Below are positions 28,964-32,000 of a stretch of DNA of 32,000 nt, one piece after another (the stretch's first letter is position 1; every line of letters begins with the position of its first letter). The stretch is from Halobacillus naozhouensis (lineage in GTDB: Bacteria; Bacillota; Bacilli; Bacillales; Halobacillaceae), in NCBI RefSeq assembly GCF_029714185.1, contig NZ_CP121671.1, positions 556,138-588,137 of the forward strand. The letters run 5' to 3'. Both the position numbers and the translations under genes were made by a program. The notes under the pieces are model-generated. The model saw nothing but the letters and a program-made list of their open reading frames with translations, had not been told where the DNA came from and did no database searches.

Positions 28964-29357
28964 GACTTTATATTTTATCAAGAAGTTTTGTTTTACTAGG
29001 GGAAAACAATGTTTTTAAAAGGTTTACAGGAGACAGAATTCATAGTTGAACGGAGATAATACATTCTATTTTAACGATAAGCATTTTGAAAAATTTGCTG
29101 CACCATTGCAAGTAAGTGGGGGTTTCAATTCATATGGGAACTGGAAAAGAAGACATTAATTAGCGAAGAGGACCATGATCAGCTTTAAAATGAAAAAATA
29201 ATTCAAGAGGGCTTTCCTTAAGCTCTATTTTTTTGGGAGAATTTCGGTGACACAGTTAGATAATCTTCATTTAAATATTTAAGGAATATTTAAGAATTAG
29301 ATAAGAGGCAATTTCTTTTCTCTTTATATGATAAAGAACGAAAGGAGTTGTTTGACA

Positions 29358-29864
29358 GTGAAAACAAAAGTAACGGGACTATCAATCGGATCCCATTTGT
29401 GGATTCAATGGATTATGCTTGGAAGTATTTTGCTGGATACCTTTATGGTTTATCCGAATATTTTTCACGATATCCCTCATTCCTTTGAGGTAGGAATGGA
29501 ATTCATGGAGGTGGCCAGTCCGCACACATACTTCCCGCCTCTGGGGTTAGCTAGTATAATTACAGGTGTTTTCGCATTAATACTCGGTTGGGGTTATAAA
29601 CCTGCAAGAGTATGGGTGTTCTTAAGTATATTGATGATGGTACTTGAAGGAGCAACATCAATCATTTTTGAATGGCCAAGAAACGAAATTATGTTTATCG
29701 AAGGAGCAGAGGTACACTCAGTAGAATTTCTTAAACAGACCGCCAATGAATTCTTAATTGTTCATTGGTTTCGGGCAGCCTTTAATGTATTAGGTTCTTT
29801 ATTTATCTTTGTCGGTTTCTTGAAGTTTTACAGAAGTATTTTGTTAAGGTCGAATCAGTCCTAA
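29358..29864 (+). CDS. integral membrane protein, four predicted helices (DUF1772-like)
   Basis: The ORF track starts at 29328. The in-frame GTG 29358 follows AAAGGAG (29341-29347). There are four hydrophobic segments. The pattern FEWPRNE...HWFRAAF resembles the DUF1772 P-x-N ... W..h..R layout, recalled from memory and not searched. Confidence 0.7.
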   Translation: MKTKVTGLSIGSHLWIQWIMLGSILLDTFMVYPNIFHDIPHSFEVGMEFMEVASPHTYFPPLGLASIITGVFALILGWGYKPARVWVFLSILMMVLEGATSIIFEWPRNEIMFIEGAEVHSVEFLKQTANEFLIVHWFRAAFNVLGSLFIFVGFLKFYRSILLRSNQS

Positions 29865-29880
29865 TGCATTTCCTACGACT

Positions 29881-29903
29881 CTGGCTGTGTGCCAGGTTTT
29901 TTT
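29881..29903 (+). terminator. weak rho-independent terminator candidate
   Basis: A short stem pairs CTGGC (29881-29885) with GCCAG (29891-29895), followed by GTTTTTTT. Confidence 0.4.
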
Positions 29904-29981
29904 GTATCAGGCGCGTTTCTTTGCTTATGATGGAGGGGCTAACCACGAACTAAGCGGTCAGCCCCTTTAGAAGTAATTCCT

Positions 29982-31148
29982 TCACTCACCAAAAGCTTCC
30001 GGAAGCATTTTAAACCCATCAATCTCGGCATCTTCTTCCACTTCAATCATAATGCAGCGTTTGCCCTTATAGTTGACCTGCCTCACGTATTGCAGATCCT
30101 GGGGGCTGATTGCGATCTTGGCTATCTTCGTGTTGATTTTAATCGATTTTGATTTGTATTTGGGGACGATGCTGCTTGCTTTCAGCTCGTATGTTTCATC
30201 ATCGGTGACTCTTTGGAAAGCGGTTTTCACCTTTTCGCTATCGACTTGTTCACCGCTCTGATTTAACACACGCTCCACGTCCTTATAGTCGAGCTTGGGT
30301 GCTGCGTCCTCTTCATTTTCTTCAATGGTACGGTTGATTTCACCATAGACAGTAGCGAGGGTAGAGGGATTGAGCTGATCTCCTACGACATCCTTGATCA
30401 CTTCCTCAAACACCGCTTTGTCTTCCTTCGCTGTTATAAATTCCTCTCCGTTTAATACGTCTTCAATAAAGCGATAGTCAGGCTCATTGGCCTTCCCCGC
30501 TGCGTAGAGAACGTGATTCACATCAGAGGCGCCATCTGTGATGCAGGGAAATAGGAATCCTGTCATCGGGTTCTTGAGATCAATGACCGGGTCGACCTCG
30601 ATCTTGTACTTGAACTCTTTCTCAACATAGTCGAACTTTATTTCTTTTTTAGGCTCTTGCGTCTGGTTGATGCTGCAAAGAATAAAGGGATTCGAATAAA
30701 CGGCGTCCCGTTCACTTTCTTCCGCTTCTTCATTACGGCGTTTCATTGGTTTCATATATTCGGCGCGAATGAAGGTGATGACGACATCCTTTTCATATGG
30801 ATGGTCTTTGATCATTTTTTCTGTCATCTGCAACATTTGTTCCTTCCAGTCCTCGACTTCGTTGCTTAGCAGTCCTTTGTGTAAAGTAAGCTGGCTGTGA
30901 TTTTCAGCATCGCGCTTAAATTTTAATTCAAATAATTTTTCATCCAGCTGCCCTGTCAGTAATTTTTTGAAATTATTCATGAAAAGCTCTTGCTGGTCTC
31001 TGTCCAGCATTTCGAACGGCTGGCTCTGGTGATGATAAATGTCCGTCGTTTCTTTCATAATATATACGTTAAAAATGTCAGAGATCTTCAGTAAGTCATT
31101 GTCTAATTTTAGTTGTCTGCGGATGCCGGCTATGTCTTTTTTGTCCAT
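29982..31148 (-). CDS. conserved hypothetical protein, DUF4317-like
   Basis: This is a 388 aa acidic soluble protein with an AGGAGTG RBS 8 nt before the ATG. Its N-terminus MDKKDIAGIRRQLKLDN... resembles the MNKK(D/E)I.EIRR.F start I associate with DUF4317 proteins of Firmicutes. This comes from memory and needs an HMM check. Confidence 0.75.
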   Translation of the reverse strand: MDKKDIAGIRRQLKLDNDLLKISDIFNVYIMKETTDIYHHQSQPFEMLDRDQQELFMNNFKKLLTGQLDEKLFELKFKRDAENHSQLTLHKGLLSNEVEDWKEQMLQMTEKMIKDHPYEKDVVITFIRAEYMKPMKRRNEEAEESERDAVYSNPFILCSINQTQEPKKEIKFDYVEKEFKYKIEVDPVIDLKNPMTGFLFPCITDGASDVNHVLYAAGKANEPDYRFIEDVLNGEEFITAKEDKAVFEEVIKDVVGDQLNPSTLATVYGEINRTIEENEEDAAPKLDYKDVERVLNQSGEQVDSEKVKTAFQRVTDDETYELKASSIVPKYKSKSIKINTKIAKIAISPQDLQYVRQVNYKGKRCIMIEVEEDAEIDGFKMLPEAFGE

Positions 31149-31349
31149 CGATCGTTCACTCCTAAGTTGTTCGGATATGATCCTTCGTTCTATGATTCTA
31201 TTATTTTAACATATGCTTTTCTTCATTACGGGGCATTCATGTTTTGGGTGTACATATACAGTCTTTTAGAGTGGAGTGAAATTTTTCGGAGCAAATATGA
31301 TAAGGTATTTCTCAAAAGATATTACATATAGGAGAAAGGATGAACATGA

Positions 31350-31505
31350 ATGTTTATTGGGACATTGTTTTACCTGGCAATTATTCTGTTAATTACCTTC
31401 ATAATCAGATGGATTAGGTTGATTAAAGTAAATAGTGATGAACAAGTTCGCCAGAATGAAAAAATTATAGATTTGCTTAGCGAATTAAGAGAGAAAGCAG
31501 AATAA
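31350..31505 (+). CDS. small membrane protein (51 aa), not in the ORF track
   Basis: AAGGA (31336-31340) sits 9 nt before ATG 31350. The translation is MFIGTLFYLAIILLITFIIRWIRLIKVNSDEQVRQNEKIIDLLSELREKAE, an N-terminal TM helix plus a charged amphipathic tail. The alternative ATGs at 31340 and 31346 terminate after ~25 codons. Confidence 0.45.
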   Translation: MFIGTLFYLAIILLITFIIRWIRLIKVNSDEQVRQNEKIIDLLSELREKAE

Positions 31506-31657
31506 CTGTTTCACTCTGTGGCAGTAGAGCATGCCTACATGTATTCTTGTAATAAAGGGATTGACTCTGTTTTAATATTACAATTTTATATTGTATAATG
31601 GAAAAGATTATCATAGTTTGTTTTCATAAACGACAGGATTATAAAGGAAGATACTTT

Positions 31658-32000
31658 ATGTCAGAGGAAAATATTACGAGAATACAGTTAAATGATAAGG
31701 AACTGATCTTAATAGGTACGGCTCACGTTTCCAAACACAGTGCAGGGCAGGTGAAAGAAGTGATCGAAGCCGAACAGCCGGATTCTGTTTGCGTGGAGCT
31801 TGATGAACAGCGTTACCAGTCGATCAAGGACGGAAACAGCTGGAGAGACATGGACATTTTCAAGGTAATTAAAGAAAAGAAAGCTACCTTACTGTTAATG
31901 AACCTTGCGATCTCTTCCTTCCAGAATCGTATGGCCAAGCAGTTCGGTATTAAGCCTGGGCAAGAGATGATTCAGGGGATTGAATCAGCTCAGGAAACCA
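31658..32000 (+). CDS. TraB/GumN (pheromone-shutdown TraB) family protein, 3'-truncated by the window edge
   Basis: AAAGGAAG RBS, then ATG 31658, open to the end of the window. The translation is MSEENITRIQLNDKELILIGTAHVSKHSAGQVKEVIEAEQPDSVCVELDEQRYQS..., carrying the characteristic LIGTAHVS...V...I....PD.V.VELD..R TraB N-terminal motif. Confidence 0.8.
   Translation, partial: MSEENITRIQLNDKELILIGTAHVSKHSAGQVKEVIEAEQPDSVCVELDEQRYQSIKDGNSWRDMDIFKVIKEKKATLLLMNLAISSFQNRMAKQFGIKPGQEMIQGIESAQET

Noticed and set aside
31113-31331. A 72-aa + strand ORF.
   Set aside because: It begins antisense to the start of the DUF4317-like gene, with a non-ATG start and no RBS. It covers what should be the divergent promoter region.

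Overview
This window looks like core chromosome from a Bacillaceae-type Firmicute. Gene order parallels my recollection of B. subtilis: purF(partial)-purM-purN-purH-purD, yerA-yerB-yerC, pcrB-pcrA-ligA-yerH(camS), an opuE-position proline symporter, gatCAB, dagK and rlmCD. Most genes are on the + strand with Shine-Dalgarno sites, overlapping stop/start junctions in the pur operon, and clear rho-independent terminators. I found no rRNA, tRNA, CRISPR array or intact mobile element. Several ORF-track models are N-terminally over-extended; shorter starts are proposed for yerA, pcrB, gatC, rlmD, the second putP and a membrane protein. Non-core content sits in three places. (1) A P5C dehydrogenase gene between camS and putP is bracketed by inverted copies of a ~105-120 nt repeat. 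(2) A segment between dagK and rlmD carries a multiply frameshifted NERD-domain pseudogene, a phased GATTCT repeat array and a second, opposite-strand putP paralog. (3) The 3' end has a cupin with a Tyr-rich tail, a four-helix membrane protein, a DUF4317-like gene, a small membrane ORF and a partial TraB-family gene. The most interesting observation is that both putP paralogs are preceded by a short (42 and 35 codon) hydrophobic ORF absent from the ORF track. The two peptides are conserved at the amino-acid level and each ends a few nt before the putP ATG. I see no large novel multi-gene system here. All family assignments come from motif and synteny recognition, not from searches.
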